From NCBI GenBank assembly GCA_030704615.1, contig CM060734.1:9362001-9426000 (forward strand): a DNA stretch of 64,000 nucleotides. Reading direction: 5' to 3'. Positions within the stretch are counted from its first letter, which is position 1; the number at the start of each line of letters is the position of its first letter. Shown here piece by piece: positions 36,990 through 51,096 of this stretch. The notes beneath the pieces were generated by a model that was not told the DNA's origin, made no database searches, and worked only from the letters and a program-made list of their open reading frames with translations. Made by a program: the position numbers and the translations under genes. The DNA comes from Takakia lepidozioides (lineage: Eukaryota; Plantae; Bryophyta).

Positions 36990-39775
36990 TGTCGCGCACC
37001 TCACTTCGGTAAACTCCCCTTCAAGTCATAGTTACTCGCTTTGATGCGCGCGCCTAACTCCCAAACCGGCCGCCGGGCCAACTCGGAGCTTTGGCTGCTC
37101 ACCGAGGCATATCGGTCCCCCTCACACTCCCACTCGACCCTCGACCCGTCGGGCTCAGTGGAAATTCCCTTTGGTAGATGGCAGTCCGGAACAACTCCTT
37201 ACACCTTGGTCGCTTTTCGGCTCGCACGCTTACTCACTAGTCTTTGGTCACCAACGGGCTTGCACCGTTCTCGGGGTTACTACTCCCTATACCATATACT
37301 TCTGTAGGTGCCGCGGGGGTTCCACAAGTGGCCAAGTCCAAATCCGGTGCACCACCACTCAGACCCTCGATCGTCCCAGTGGTGAGCCGCGGTGAGTCTT
37401 CGCCCACCCACCACGGCCCCAATGGACCGTGGTGAGTCCCAAGACTCCCCACTCCCACCACAAGACCTCAGCCTCATGGTGAGTCCTATGCCACCCCTAC
37501 TACGACTCCCTACGCTACCACCACCCCTCGTGGAGCCCCCACCACCGCCACCCGGTTTGCGGGGCTCCACCTAGTGAGCATCACCGCCTCCTTAAGTGCG
37601 CACTCAAGGGTGCTTCATCCCCCTTTCCTATTTGCTGCCACTGCCCCCACCACAGGGGCAGCCCCTCTTGTGTCCCGGCCCCCCGCCCTCAAGGCAAAGG
37701 GCCGCGACATACACCCCTACCAATGAGGAGTCGATGTCCTCATCGACTTGTCCATTTTTGTGAAAACTCACATCCAAGTTGTGGCGTCCCACATCAAGGA
37801 GTTTGTTTCCGTACCATGGCATCCCATGGCAAAGAACCAAACCCCCACTTGACTCTACTCTCCACTAGCTAGTTCGGCCGACTTCCTCCAAGCCTGGCCA
37901 AGGGTGGAGCCTCTCAAGCTCCACCCAGTGTACTCTTCTTGGCCCACTTCAAGGCCAAGGAACGATCCTCCCCAAGAATCGAATCGCCTTACTGCAACAA
38001 TATTGCTTGCGACCGCTCATGATGCCGCTTTTTGGCATCACCTTGAGCAAGGGTTCACCTTGAACCCTTTTTGACTAGGAAGATAACCTTGAACCAACCA
38101 TACGCCCCAATCACTACAATTGGGTCCGCCTTGGAATGCTGGCCTGAGGTACGGGAACACGCCGAAGCCGCACTACGACTTTGTCCCGAGGCTACACGAT
38201 TATAGTACGTGAACGGAAGCACGTAGCTTCCATGTTACCCCGCACTACAAGACAACCCCCTTGGTAGCGCAGTTATAGTACGCGCACTCGCCTGGTGCGC
38301 ACTACTACGTGAACTCCCAAAGAAGGCGCAAGTTTCCTCGCCCCTTGGATGGGAGTCACCCGATTTCGGCACTGCGCAAACACACGATTAATCCAATTTA
38401 CCTCTCCCACTTTTGTAAGCTAGCATGCATTCTACACACTAGCCAACCATACCATACATCACCATTCCAAACAAAATAGGAAGCACAACATTTGGAAACC
38501 AATTCATTTATAAGCAAAATTTGTACAACACAAGTCTTTGCAATCGGATTCCTAAGCTAGCTAAGTCGGACTAAGCATGCATTTCCTCCCCCAGGATCCA
38601 AGGTTGATGTCCCCATCAACGCTTCTTCCGCTTTTGAGGTCGCCCTTTGAAAGCTACAACCGCCTCGGATGCGTTTCCCATTTCTGAGGCACGCACCCAA
38701 GTTGTCTCCACTTGATGATAGCCCTTCCACTTCACGAGATACTGTGTTTCTCGATTCTTGAACCTCCTTGACTTAAGCACTGCCTCCACCTCGTTCTCGG
38801 GTTCATTTTCATGATCCAACAGCACAGGTGGCGGACGCAATACTTGATGCCAATTCGGACACGCTTCATCTTTGAAGTAAGGCTTCAAAAGGGAAACGTG
38901 GAATACCGGATGCACCTTGCTGTTTGACGGCAGCTCCAATTCATACACATCCTCATTCATAACCTTCCGGATGCGAAAGAGCCCCGCATACGGAGGTACG
39001 AACTTCGGGCTCACTTCCGGAGATAGTCGAAAATTCTTGATATTCAACCAGACCTCCGTGCCTGCCTCAAACTTAACTTCCCTCCGCTTCCGATTCATCT
39101 GCCATTCCTAGCTTTGGCAATGTTGTACTTTGCGAGCTCCAACAAACACTCGCGTTCTTCCAACACCGCTGCTGCTGCCGGCTCCTCACCGTCTTGGGCG
39201 GCCCAACTTGTCGGCACCAGAGGTGCTTTTCCATAGACCAATACGAAAGGGGAAACTCTCGTTGCGGAGTGTTCTATGTTATTATAACAAAACTCTGCCG
39301 CATCCAAGTGCTCCACCCAGTCCGACTGGTCTGCCGACACATAATTCCGCGAGATCTGCTTCACCACGGAGTTCACTCTTTTCGTTTGGCCGTCCGTTGT
39401 AGGTCGGAAGGCCGTGCTCATCTTGAGCCTCGTCCCTATCTTCTTCCAAAGTGCCCTCCAAAATTTACTTGTAAACTTGGATCGCGGTCCGAGACAATAT
39501 CCTTCGGAAGTCCATGATGCTTGAAGACGTGGGCGAAGTAAAGTCGCACCGTCTCCTGTGTCGTTGCCGTCTCCTTGGTGGGGATGAAATGGTCCATCTT
39601 ACTGAACCTATCCACCACCACCGTGATTGCATCGAATCCCTTTGACAGCGGCAAAGCAGTCATGAAATCCATCGAGACACTTTCCCAAGACCCCTCTGAA
39701 ACTGGAAAAGGTTGTAACAGCCCCACTTGCTTCTTGTATTTGCTCCGGTTTTGCTGGCATGTGGTGCAAAACCTT
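36990..39775 (-). mobile_element. 5'-truncated chromovirus (integrase-chromodomain, 3' UTR, 3' LTR 36990-37709), same family as 51097-58058
   Basis: The LTR is a diverged reverse complement of 57337-58058. Chromodomain EVEAVLKSRR..YLVKWKGY..TW in 38616-39098. Confidence 0.9.
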
Positions 39776-39799
39776 GTCCCTGATAAGATAGCCCAGTTC

Positions 39800-42700
39800 C
39801 CTCTCCGCCTCTTGCATTTGCTGCAAACAACAAGGACTGTCAGCATGGCCCTCCAATATCCACAACACAATCAGATTATTAACATTTTGATGCAAAGCCA
39901 TTGCAAGTCTGTGTCGACTTCCAGAACTGCATATTCATGTGGTAAAGAATAGAATACCTGCCACCACCAAGTGGCCTTGTCCACCCAATCACTGAATTCC
40001 TTGTCCGTTGGTTACACCGGGAAGATTTTCCTGTTGGGTGGCGGCAGATTCCACAATTTCAACCACCCAATCTTCGCATCCGCAGAAACGAGGCTGGTGG
40101 CAACCATCTGAAGTTTCTCAAGAGTCATCTCCGCTTTGTCCAGGGCGCGCAACTTGTTGTAGCATGTTGTTATCTCGAAAAGGACCGGTACACGGACTGA
40201 ATGCACCATGTACAATGGCAAGCAAATTACAGAATACGTGCGGTCCTTGGGACGTGCGGGAAGGCTTTCTCGCAGAAACGCATCTCCTGTATCTCAGAGG
40301 CACAAAGGCCGAGTAGCTGTAGTTGGTTTGTCGATCGCTGGTCGCAAAAGATGGGAAGATTAGAGTCAATTGCGTGCTGCTCCAAAGTTTGGTAGCCCAT
40401 CTAGAGTTGCGGGAGGGCGGGCTGGCTGGTGACTACAAGTTGGAGTTGGGTAATTTTGCTAGCACGGTCTCGGGGTTTCTTTGGGTCCGAGTGCGTGTTA
40501 TCTGCCGAGCTGTCGAGGGTGCTTGAGGAGCGTTTGGTGTTCAGGCTGTACTCCAGCTGGCGGGGCCCCTGTGTTGGTGTGTCAACAATCATATGGCTTC
40601 GCATCAGTGTTTCCTTGGATTTAGGTGTCGGAGAGCGTTCGCTCGCAAGACTTCCTCCATAGCATTTTGAACTCCTACATTGGTTGCCTCAGCCTCACCT
40701 ACCACAGAGACAACAGCCCACAAGTCTTAGCTTTGATTCCCCACGGGAACGTCCGCTCCCCCATCCCAATCCCCGGCTTTCGATTCCCATTCTGGTTTGA
40801 ACAAAGACACACTTTTGGACAGGCAAAGAATGTACTTGCTTAGAAGATGGATGTAGCGACCCAAATCAATGTGCTCCCACCTGAACAACAGATCCTCCCA
40901 GGCCCTGGCTGCACGTCGTAGCTCATTGGGGTCATTGCCTTTGCACCACAAAACTTGAAAGTGGGCAGATTTTGTTGACGCAAACTCATGAAACACTCGA
41001 GCATGCACAATGCGAAGGAGTGCTCGAACAGAGTCGACGATATGTAATTTCTCTTGCATTGTACTATATCTCAGCTGTCCCTCTACCAAGAGCACTTCTT
41101 TCAACATGCTTTCCTCATTCTCAAAAGACCCAAAACGTCCGCCAACCTCCATGCAAGAACAATCCAGACCCATGATATGGTTGTTTTCGAGCAGCCTGTG
41201 GTGCAAACAACATCATGATATGACTAGGGTAGATGTCGTGCCTTAAATCGGCCAAAGGGTACAAGTGCAAGACAGGGGGTCGAGGGTCCATGTTCAAAAA
41301 AGCATGGAGGGGAACAAGGACAGGAGGAAGTTGGGCGGGACATTGACGTTCAACCAGGAGACAATGGCATTAGCTTCTTCTGCAGTTCTTAGCAGAGGGA
41401 AAGCGGGAAGCAGACGTCTGACGTCCTGTTCCTCCAGCAATACTTGAACAATATCAAACTGAGGATCCGTAGATGACGGGGGAGCATAATCAGGGGGAGC
41501 AGAGCTCATGGGGGGAGCAGAGCTGAAAGAAGACGGGGGAGAGGGGAATAGAGCACGGGGGACCTGAGCTAGCGGGAGCTAGGGGGAGCAGAGCTAGGGG
41601 GGAGCAGGGGCTATAAGACGATGGGGGAGCAGAGGATGGCATGATGGGGAGATCAGCATTCACCCCAAAGGAGGGTGTTCAAATTGGCGGATTGTTTTTC
41701 CCCACAAGGTAGCTCTCAAAATCTGCCAACTCCCGCCCAATGGAAGGAGGAGAGGGAACGCCACCTTAGGAAGTCGTCCATGCGCGCACAAATTTCCGCA
41801 TTGCCTTAAGTTCTCCCACGGTAGCAGACTTTTGCAGGCAAAAATGCAAGACATATTTGGGGGGATCACAAAGTCGTATACTGGAAAAGACAATTGAAAT
41901 GAAGGATTGGGGTGGGAAGGATTGAGGCAGGCAGCAAACCTCTTGTTCTTGAAGCCATATTCTCCAGCAGCGTTCAGCCCTCTCTGCTCGCGTTGCAAAC
42001 CCTCCACTCCAAGCGAAATTCACAAATGCATCCCAAAATCGATCATCATTGGCATCAACAAAATTGGAAGGGAGAAGTCCATGTTGCAACAATATAAATG
42101 TTCCAGGAGGAGTGGGGGAAGGTGTGTCATGGTCCACGTCCATGGCCTCCTCCTGTGCAGTCCAAGGGAAGGGCTGGCTGCCCCCCCCCCCTTGTCCTCA
42201 TTAGTCTAGTCCCCCACATGTTTTCCAAACTGCTCCCCCTGACTGTCAGGATCCCCTGGCCCATCATTGAGCCCAAGTGCTTGCATTTCTGCTTCTTTTT
42301 GCTCACGCCAATTGAGATACTTTCTCTTCAGCCTCCTACTCCAAGTGCCAGCGAGATACAGCAGAACAACTCTCATGGGTTTGGCAGGGGCAGCGGGTAC
42401 CATCTTCACCTTTTTTGCCCTCTTCTTTGGTTTGGTGCGTTCAAAATCTGTGTCTGACTCACTACGGGTAGTCCCCTTAGCAATGGCAAGAACTTCTGAA
42501 GCTATACTAGGTGCATTGGGCTTGCGTTTTCTCGCACCTTTGGGCTGTTGTTGCCGATCAGCAGGAGACCAATCGTCTCCTGGTATGCGTCAAGCTTTGG
42601 GTTTTTAGACCCTCTCAATCTCTCCACAAACTGACTAACCTGATTCGGGAAACTCAGCAGCGGGCCAGGGTTTTAGTGGCAACTCAACCTCGTCCCAACC

Positions 42701-43000
42701 ATCCACCATGTTCAACCAAGGACAACCCTCCCCATCAATGACATGCCTATTCACCCTAACCTTATCCTTCATGGGCCGCCCACAATACTTGCACTTATAG
42801 GGATTCCTCTGTTTGGCGCCATCACAAACTCTGAGGTCAGCCTCTGCCTCCACTATCATCTCCTCCCACTTAGTTGGCATATACCAAAAAGGAAACTCAT
42901 CCCCTTTCTTAGGCTTGTGCCAAAAAACTAACATACCATCCTCTAGGGAACAACCTTGGGCCTGGTGGAAACCTTCGTCATCGCTAACCTGCATACAACG
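39800..43000 (-). other. Uncharacterised, probably decayed coding segments (one C2H2/C2HC-like motif, Pro/Ser-rich stretch)
   Basis: ORFs 42635-43141 (YKCKYCGRPMKDKVRVNRHVIDGEGC), 41766-42143, 41294-41509, 40727-41206 and 40012-40221 all lie on one strand. Family not recognised. Confidence 0.35.
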
Positions 43001-43251
43001 CCAAAATTCACACAACACAGTGCAAGGAACACAAGGAAGTTGAGAAAAGAAGGAAGAGAACACACAACGCAACGAACTAAAGGCAAACACAGCACAGATC
43101 ATAATCGTCATGCACGCCGTCACATCCAGTACTCTCCGCACAGCTTGCTCCCCTCCACTAACATCCCCCCACGCGTTTGGTCCCCCTGGTCAGAGAGATG
43201 ACGTGTGGGGATGGATTAAAAAATGGGGAATGGAGGGGGAACACAGGGACG

Positions 43252-44705
43252 TATGGAACACAGGGGGACCAGACTATGGGGGAGCAGAAATTGGGGATGC
43301 ATGTGGGGAGAGATTGCAACTATCCAAGCGCAGAGGCCGCGAAGGTGGTGAAGCAAGTAGTGCTGGATTATTTGAAAGACAATGACATAATGCGTTTGAA
43401 TCTTTTGTATGTCCGACATGGGAATGAGGGGTTCATTAGATTCCATCACAATATGGAGATGAGAATGAGGGAGGCTTTGGTCGGGGATGAATGGGAGGAG
43501 GACAGGGCGAAGTTCCAATTCACGAAATGGATGGAGGACCGGGCCCATGATGCCACATGGAATCTGAGGCAAACCATGGACAAGTTTGTTACGAGAACAT
43601 CTGTAGTTGAAGGTCGCATGCCAACTTCGGAGGAGGAGTTGTTTGTGCTTGTGGATTGGTGGTCTGACATGGCAAAGGTCCACGCCAAACGACGTACGAA
43701 ACCACTCCCATGGAAGGCAGGGTCCTCGTCCGCGGATGCGTCATTGAACGTGAGATACATATCCACAAATGCACAGGTACAACAACTCGACGCGCCCAAA
43801 CAGGGAGGGTATGGTACAATTCGGAGGGTTAGAATTGTTGGGGATCAATTCATTCCTCCATCCTGGGAGCTAGCAGGGAAAACGCCCAAGGAAACAAATG
43901 CTGAGTTTGCCAAAGTCCAACATAACAATGAGGCGTTGGCTGTAAAGTTCCATCATTTCGGCATCATAAAGTATTTTGCGTTGCATCCACGTCGAAATGA
44001 AGGTTACACACATTGGTGGAATGGGGGGACCATACGATCATGGTTGAGTATTGACAGGAAATGGGGGAAAGATCGGGATAACAGGGAGTTAATGGAACGA
44101 TGGGGGACGGAGCAGGAAATGCAGGAAGTCAACCGACTGGTTCAGAATCGCACCCAATTGGCATGGGCGCTTTTGCACATCATGCTCAACGTCCATAATC
44201 ACCACCTCTTGCACAACGACATGTCCCCCGACAACATCTTGTTGCATTTTCCACAAGGGTCTGAAGATGTGTACATCGGGGTATGCGATTGGGGGATGGC
44301 CTCTACGACGGATGACCCAAAAACCACGTTGTACATTTTCAAGAGCAGAGACAAGATGATAAAGACTCTCGCACATAGATGGTGGATTGCACCTGAAATT
44401 GCAATTGTTCATAATGTAGCCAACAACCAGTCAAATGACACACCTCGTAGGCCCCTCTAACCGTGCCATCAGAGACCTTTGCAATTGGGAAGATAGCCCA
44501 GGCAATAAATGGGGGTAACACGTTCGATGCAAGCCTGTTCAACGATATGTCTACTGGAACCTGTTTTACTTCGGATCTGGAAAACTTGTGTGTAAACACA
44601 GTAGAGTTGCGGTACAAACTAGAAAATGTTGTGAAGCGTTTCATGACGGGGCTATTGAATTGGCCTGAGCCCAAAAATTGCTGGAGGATGGATAGAAATT
44701 TGTAG
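43252..44705 (+). pseudogene. Intronless protein kinase-like ORF, frameshift near 44460
   Basis: GGYGTIRRV, LAGK, LHNDMSPDNILL, VCDWGMA and WIAPE. The C-lobe continues in 44463-44705. Start codon uncertain. Confidence 0.75.
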
Positions 44706-45034
44706 ACGTCTGACTGTACATCATGTTTGAATAAATGTTGTTTTCAATTGTGTTTGTCTCGTACCATAATGTTTTAATGGTTTGTTACTTGGCCATGGCA
44801 CCTGGGTCCATCATATGGGATAATCAAGCACCACACCCACGAATCTTGAAGAGTGACAGTGTACACTGGGTCAATGGGTGAACCAATCGTTCCCCTGCCA
44901 AATGATTTTAGATTGATTTGAAATTTTGGGAGTGTCTTGTACATGCCTTCTTTAAATTACTGGACAAGTATGAGGTCAATCTAAAATGGTTCTAAGGGTG
45001 AAGCAATAGTTCCCCTGTTAAATGATTCATGATT

Positions 45035-45305
45035 GAAAATTGGTCGCAACAATTTTCTGTTTTTTAATATCTGTGATCACGAGCATGGGGGTGGTCGCAG
45101 CATTTTTATTATTATTTTTATTAGGTGCGACCACCAGTAGGGGGGTGGTCGCAACAATTTTCTGTTTTTTAATATCTGCGACCACCAGCATGAGGGTGGT
45201 TTTTTTTTTTAATAGGTGCGACCACCAGCATGGGGTGGTCGCAACATTTGTTAATTAATTTAAATAACATGCGACTTCCTCGTGCGACCTGGAGCGGTCG
45301 CAGCA
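45035..45305. repeat. GGTCGCA/TGCGACC subterminal-like repeats upstream of the hAT transposase
   Basis: About 10 copies in both orientations within AT-rich units. Confidence 0.6.
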
Positions 45306-45661
45306 TTGGATTCTGATTCGTCGAGCGTGTGAGGCTCGGAGGTTGGAGGGTATATAAGGTGGTCACAATGCCCCTCACTTCTTTTGTGACAAACACTTTT
45401 CTGGCGAGTGAATGTTCTTTATTCCTTGAGCAAGAGTGTAGCCCAAGAGGAGGGTGCGGACCGTTTGTTGTTGTGGCTTCCACCAAAGCCACTACAGCAA
45501 ATTGTCGAAAAACACAATACTACATGGTGCATTGATCCACTTGGATTGATGCCGTAGTGTTGGGCTTCTGTTCTAACTTCTATTGCTCTTGACAAATCTA
45601 CCAAGTACATTAGTGTTCTTCGTTCAACCTTAAGTCTGTGGTTAGGATTTTGGGTGTGAGG

Positions 45662-46950
45662 ATGAGGGAGGAGTGGATCCCTTGGTTCACCGTAGACCCG
45701 CACAAAAAGGACGGTGTTCAATGCAATCTTTGTGCATTGAAGCTGGCGGGTCGCAAAGATCACATATTATATCACCTCGGCTACAGAGATGGGAAGAATG
45801 CAGGGGTTAGTTTGTGCCCGAAAGCCTCAATGCGAGTGAAAGCCCACTTTGCCCAATGTGGAGGCAATATCCCACCGTCTCTTGATGTGGCCGCGGCTTC
45901 TGAGCCAAACACTCCATGTTCGAATCAAAATGTCCCTCAGAGTTGTACCCAGGGGGATTCTTGCGAGGCGTCTGCTGTTCGTGGAGAAGCCGGTGGGTTA
46001 GGAGCAACACCCAATTGTACGCCAGCACTTGTACAGACCAGACCATTGAGGCAACAATCAATGCAAGAAGGCTTAAATTTGTCGCACAGGAGGACTCTGG
46101 ATAAGAAGTGGGCCCAATTTTTCTACGAGGCCAATATTCCGTTCAATGTCTCGAGGCTTCCTGCGTTTGTGGCTGCTGTCAAAGCCACGTCCGATTCCAA
46201 GTTCACATACACACCTCCGAGTTATCGCGATCTCCGCACAGGATTGCTAGAAGAGGCTATGTCTGACCTCCCCCAAAAGGTGAATGAAAAAACAGGTGAT
46301 TCTCTCCGGAAATATGGAAGCGCTATATGTGCGGACGGTTGGAATTCTGTTACTAATCGACCACTGTTCAATGTAATGTTGATCTGTCCTTGGGGGGGAC
46401 AATTTTTGGGATCCGTTGACACAAGCGGGGAAAGAAAAGATGCACGTTATCAAACAGGGTTGTTGACAAGTTTCATCGATAAAATTGGAGCTGATAAAAT
46501 TGTCCAAGTGTGCATGGACAATGCATCTAACATGGTTAATATGGCCGATATTTTGATGGTACGATATCCCCATCTATTTTACCAAGGGTGTGCTGCTCAT
46601 ATCTTTGATCTCCTTTTGGAGGATTGGGGAAAAGAAGCATGGATGAAATAACTAGTAAAAGAGAAAAAGTCGGTTGTGACGTTCATTCGTACACATCACA
46701 TCCCTCTGACATTCTTTAGTAAGCATGAACCCAAATACAGCCTTAGGAACCCGGGTGAAACCCGCTTTGCCACAAACTTTTTGATGGTGGATCGACTGGT
46801 GACTGTGAGGGCAGGTCTAGAGCAGGTGATCATTGACCCTCAATGGGATGCGTATGTTGGCACCTTACGCGACTCTCATAAGTCCAAGTCTTTGAGCAAA
46901 AGTCGGAGGGTCCGCGCAATCATTCGCTCCGACAATTTCTGGGTGAAATG
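45662..46950 (+). pseudogene. hAT-superfamily transposase (BED finger + DUF659-like), truncated
   Basis: QCNLC..HILYHL, FFYEANIPFN, CADGW, CMDNASN, CAAHIFDLLLED and TRFAT. Stop at 46649. Cut by retroelement sequence near 46950. Confidence 0.9.
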
Positions 46951-48715
46951 TGCTTTACCTATTTGGGATCAACTAAGATGTCATTCTTTGACACTATGTG
47001 ACCCAAGTATTCCATCTGGGAAACAAAAAACTCACACTTGCTCTTCTTAGCATAGAGTTTATTTTCTCTTAAGATCTTTAGAACACAATTCAAATATTCC
47101 ACGAGCTCTTCCTCAGATCTTGAATAAATCAAGATGTCATCCATGAAGACTAACACGTATCTTCCCAGGTATTTCCTAAACAAAGTATTCATCAAGCACA
47201 TGAAAGTGGCTGGTGCATTTGTGAGCCCAAAAGGCATCACTGTGAATTCATAGTGGCCAAACCTGGTTCTGAAGCCTATCTTAAACATGTCCGAGTCTTT
47301 GACACGGACCTGATGGTACCCACTTCGTAGGTCTATCTTTGAAAATACTCGCGCACCATGCAAGTAATCGAATAAGTCGTCTATCCTAGGAAGCGGAAAC
47401 TTGTTCTTTACAGTTAGCTTATTCAGCCACCTGTAGTCCACACATAATCTTAAAGTTCCGTCTTTCTTTTTCTTGAACAACACTGGTGCTCCCCAGGGAG
47501 ACTTATTAGGCTTAATGTAACCTTTCTCTAGCAAATCAACCAGTTGTCTCTCCAATTCTTCATTCTCTACCAGAGAATACCTATAGGGAATCCTAGAGAC
47601 AGAAACTGCTTCAGGAACCAATTCAATGGCATGATCTACACCCCTTTCAGGAGGTAGCCCAGGAAGTTCATTGGGAAATATATCTGCAAATTCAGACAGG
47701 ACTTTGTCTTCTCTGTTGAGACTGTTCAACTCAACTTCAATGCCTTCATTATCATTTTCATGAATGCTTACAAAGAACAACTGATCTGCTATCTTCCGTA
47801 TGCATCGCTTCATTTGAAGGGCTGACAAAAAAGGTACATTGGGTAGGGCTATTATACCTGTAAGCTTGAACCGCTTACCACCAGGCCCCTCCACTGAGCA
47901 ATCTCGGCATGCCACTTGAGCGTCCACAAATGCCAACCAATGCATCCCCAAGATGACGTCGTACCTCGCACCATCCCAGACCTCAAAATCCGCGCCAGTG
48001 GTGACCCCCTGCATTGTGATAGGGACCTCCAAGCTCCTACTATTGCTAGATCTTGTATCTCCATTAGGCAACAGAATGGTGCTGGCGCCAACCTCCATTA
48101 ACTGCAACTTGCACTTATTTGCAAAACTTCGAGACAGAAAGTTATGACTGCTTCCTGGGTCAATCAAAACAGTCGTGGCCTCTTTTTCCACCTGACCACT
48201 CAATCGTATGACTGTGGGGTGATGGTCTTGCCTATCACAGCTGCAAAGATCCTCAACTATTTACCTTTGCTCGTCCCAGGTGCATCAACATCCATCTTGT
48301 CTTCAACCTCTTGCACAATCACAGCTGCACGTTGTACGCGTTTGGAACATTCGAACGCACGATGGACTTTTTCATGACAGATGAAACGCTGACCCAACCG
48401 TCTTTGTTCTTCTTGTTCCTTCTCTGATAGACGTTTGGTTGCTGGAGCTCCAAATTTCTGATTACCCCGAGGCTCAGACCTTGTTGTCTTCTTTGCAAAC
48501 CTTTTCCAGTTCTTTCTCTTCTGACCTCCACCAAAAGGGAATGACTTCGGCTTGAAATCCCTATCAGTAGGTGCACTTGCGCCTAGATGTGCCCTGTGCT
48601 GGCTCTCAAAATTGATAGCTAGCCTATTAGATTCCCTGTCCGAGTCAAAACATAAAACGTCAGTTAAAAAAATGAAAGAACAAAAATCCCAAAGGAGAAT
48701 GACAAAGGTCTAGTC
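46950..48715 (-). pseudogene. Chromovirus (second family) gag-end/protease/RT, inverted segment
   Basis: [39 protein letters not shown] and FMDD. Confidence 0.9.
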
Positions 48716-48894
48716 CTGCAGAATGGCCAATCCCGAAAGATAGAACTAATGTGAAAGCGTTCTTGGGACTTGCGAGCTTTTATAGAAGATTTATAAAGGC
48801 ATTTTCCAAGATTGCAACCCCTCTCACTGGCCTGCTGAAAGGCTTAGGAGCGATTACCTGGACCGAGGATTGTAATAAAAGCTTTGAAAAGCAG

Positions 48895-49735
48895 CGATCC
48901 AAAGTTTACAAGTAAATTTTGGAGGGCACTTTGAAAGAAGATGGGGACGAGACTCAAGATGAGTACGACCTTCCGAGAGAGAAATTCCGTGGTGAAGCAG
49001 ATCTTGCGGAATTATGTGTCGGCTGACCAATCAGACTGGGTGGAGCACTTGAATGCGGCAGAGTTCTGTTATAATAACACAAAACACTCCGCAACGGGAG
49101 TTTTCCCTTTCGTATTGGTCTATGGAAAAGCACCTTTGGTGCCGACAAGTTGGGCCGCCCAGGACGTTGAGGAACCGGCAGCAGCAGCGGTGCTCGAAGA
49201 ACGCAAGCGTTTGTTGAAGCTCGCAAAGTACAACATTGCCAAAGCTAGGAAACGGTATGAACGGCAGGCGAATCGGAAGCGGAGGGAAGTTAAGTTTGAG
49301 GCAGGCACGGAGGTCTGGTTGAACATCAAGAATTTTTTACTACCTCCGGAAGTGAGTCCGAAGTTCGTACCTCCGTATGCGGGGCCCTTTTGCATCCGGA
49401 AGGTTATGAATGAGGATGTGTATGAATTGGAGCTGCCGGCAAACAGCAAGGTGCATCCGGTATTCCACGTCTCCCTTTTGAAGCCTTACTTCAAAGATGA
49501 AGCGCGTCCGAATCGGCATCAAGTGTTGCGTCCGCCACCTGTGCTGTTGGATCATGAAAATGAACCTGAGTACGAGGTGGAGGCACTGCTTAAGTCAAGG
49601 AGGTTCAAGAATCGAGAAACGAAGTATCTCGTGAAATGGAAGGGCTATCATCAAGTGGAGGCAACTTGGGTGCGTGCCTCAAAAATGGGAAACGCATCCG
49701 AGGCGGTTGCAGCTTTCGAAGGGCGACCTCAAAAG
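48895..49735 (+). pseudogene. Integrase-chromodomain fragment of the 51097-58058 family
   Basis: Near-identical to 55560-56415. Confidence 0.9.
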
Positions 49736-51096
49736 CTGTGTTAATGCAACACGGACAGATAATAGCTTATGAGTCTAGAAAACTGAGCCCAGCAGAGCTG
49801 AACTACCCAGTGCATGAAAAAAAATTGCTAGCCATCATACATGCCTGGAAGGTTTGGCGGCATTATCTACTGGGAAAGGAGTTTAAGATTGAAACAGACC
49901 ATGAAAGCCTGAAGTATCTGGCCACGCAACCCAACCTCAGTTGCAGACAGTGTCATTGGGTGGAGTTCCTTTAGCAGTTTTTCTTTGAATTGCGTTATGT
50001 GAAGAGGAAAGAGAATGTGGTGGCAGATGCGTTGTCCACAAGGAAATGGGCAAATGCCATCTCGGTGATAAGAAGCACTGTGATAGAAGAGATAAGAGGT
50101 CAGTATGCTAGAGATGCATATTAAGCTGGCCCTTTTGAAAGCCTATCTCGTGGGGTTAAGACTCCTGAGGAAATTGGCAAGTATCTTGCTTATCTGTTGA
50201 AGGATGGGTTGTTGTACTACAATGGGCGTCTATGCATCCCTCAGGTTGCAGACTTTAAACTAAATATTATGTATGACTGTCATAACATACCCATTGCAGG
50301 CCATCCTGGTTTCCAAAAAACATATCTCGCAGTCAGGAAACAAATTTTCTGGCCTGGTATGAAGAATAACATACGAGATTATGTTGAAAGGTGTTACCCT
50401 TGTCAAGTAACCAAGACAGAATAGATCAAGACTCCTACATTTTTGTGAGTTTGCCTATAATAAGAACATGCATACAGCTATTGGGGTAAGCCCATTCGAA
50501 GCTATCTATGGGCAAGATTGCTTGACACCGGCATCTTGGCATGTTTCAAATACTAAGGTCGAAAGTGTCAATCAGATGATAGCAAGGATGCAGCAAGAGA
50601 TGGACTTGATGAAGGATAGCATGAGGAGAGCTCAAGTAAGGGCAAAAATCTATGCTGATCAGAAAAGGTCTTTTAGGGAATTTGAGATCGGAGATCAAGT
50701 ATTTTTGAAAGTGATCCCTATGAAGAGCCAGTTGAGCCTGGGAAAATGCTACAAGCTTTCCCCAAGGTACTGTGGACCTTTCAAGATTATCAAGAAGATT
50801 GGCAAGGTAGCTTACCAGCTGGAACTGCCTATTAGGTGGAAGATACATGACGTATTTCATGTGAGCCTCCTTAGGAAATATGTTTCAGATCCCAGCCATG
50901 TTCTCCCGGAATTGCCAAAGGTCACAACTGAAGGAGAAGTTGTGGCAGAACCAGAAGAGATTCTTAAGGTAGAGGTGAAAACCTTGAGATCTCGTTCTTG
51001 GAATGAATTCTTGATCAAGTGGAAGAATTACCCTGTAGAAGAATCTACATGGGAGAAAGAAGATGATCTTCGTAGGAACTTTCCCCAGTTCAGTAT
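49736..51096 (+). pseudogene. Chromovirus (second family) RNase H, internally deleted integrase and chromodomain
   Basis: IAYESRKL..NYPVHEK, YCGPF and FLIKWKNYPVEESTWE. The frame resumes after 58063 (IEDN), followed by the PPT AGGAGGAGAGG. Confidence 0.85.
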
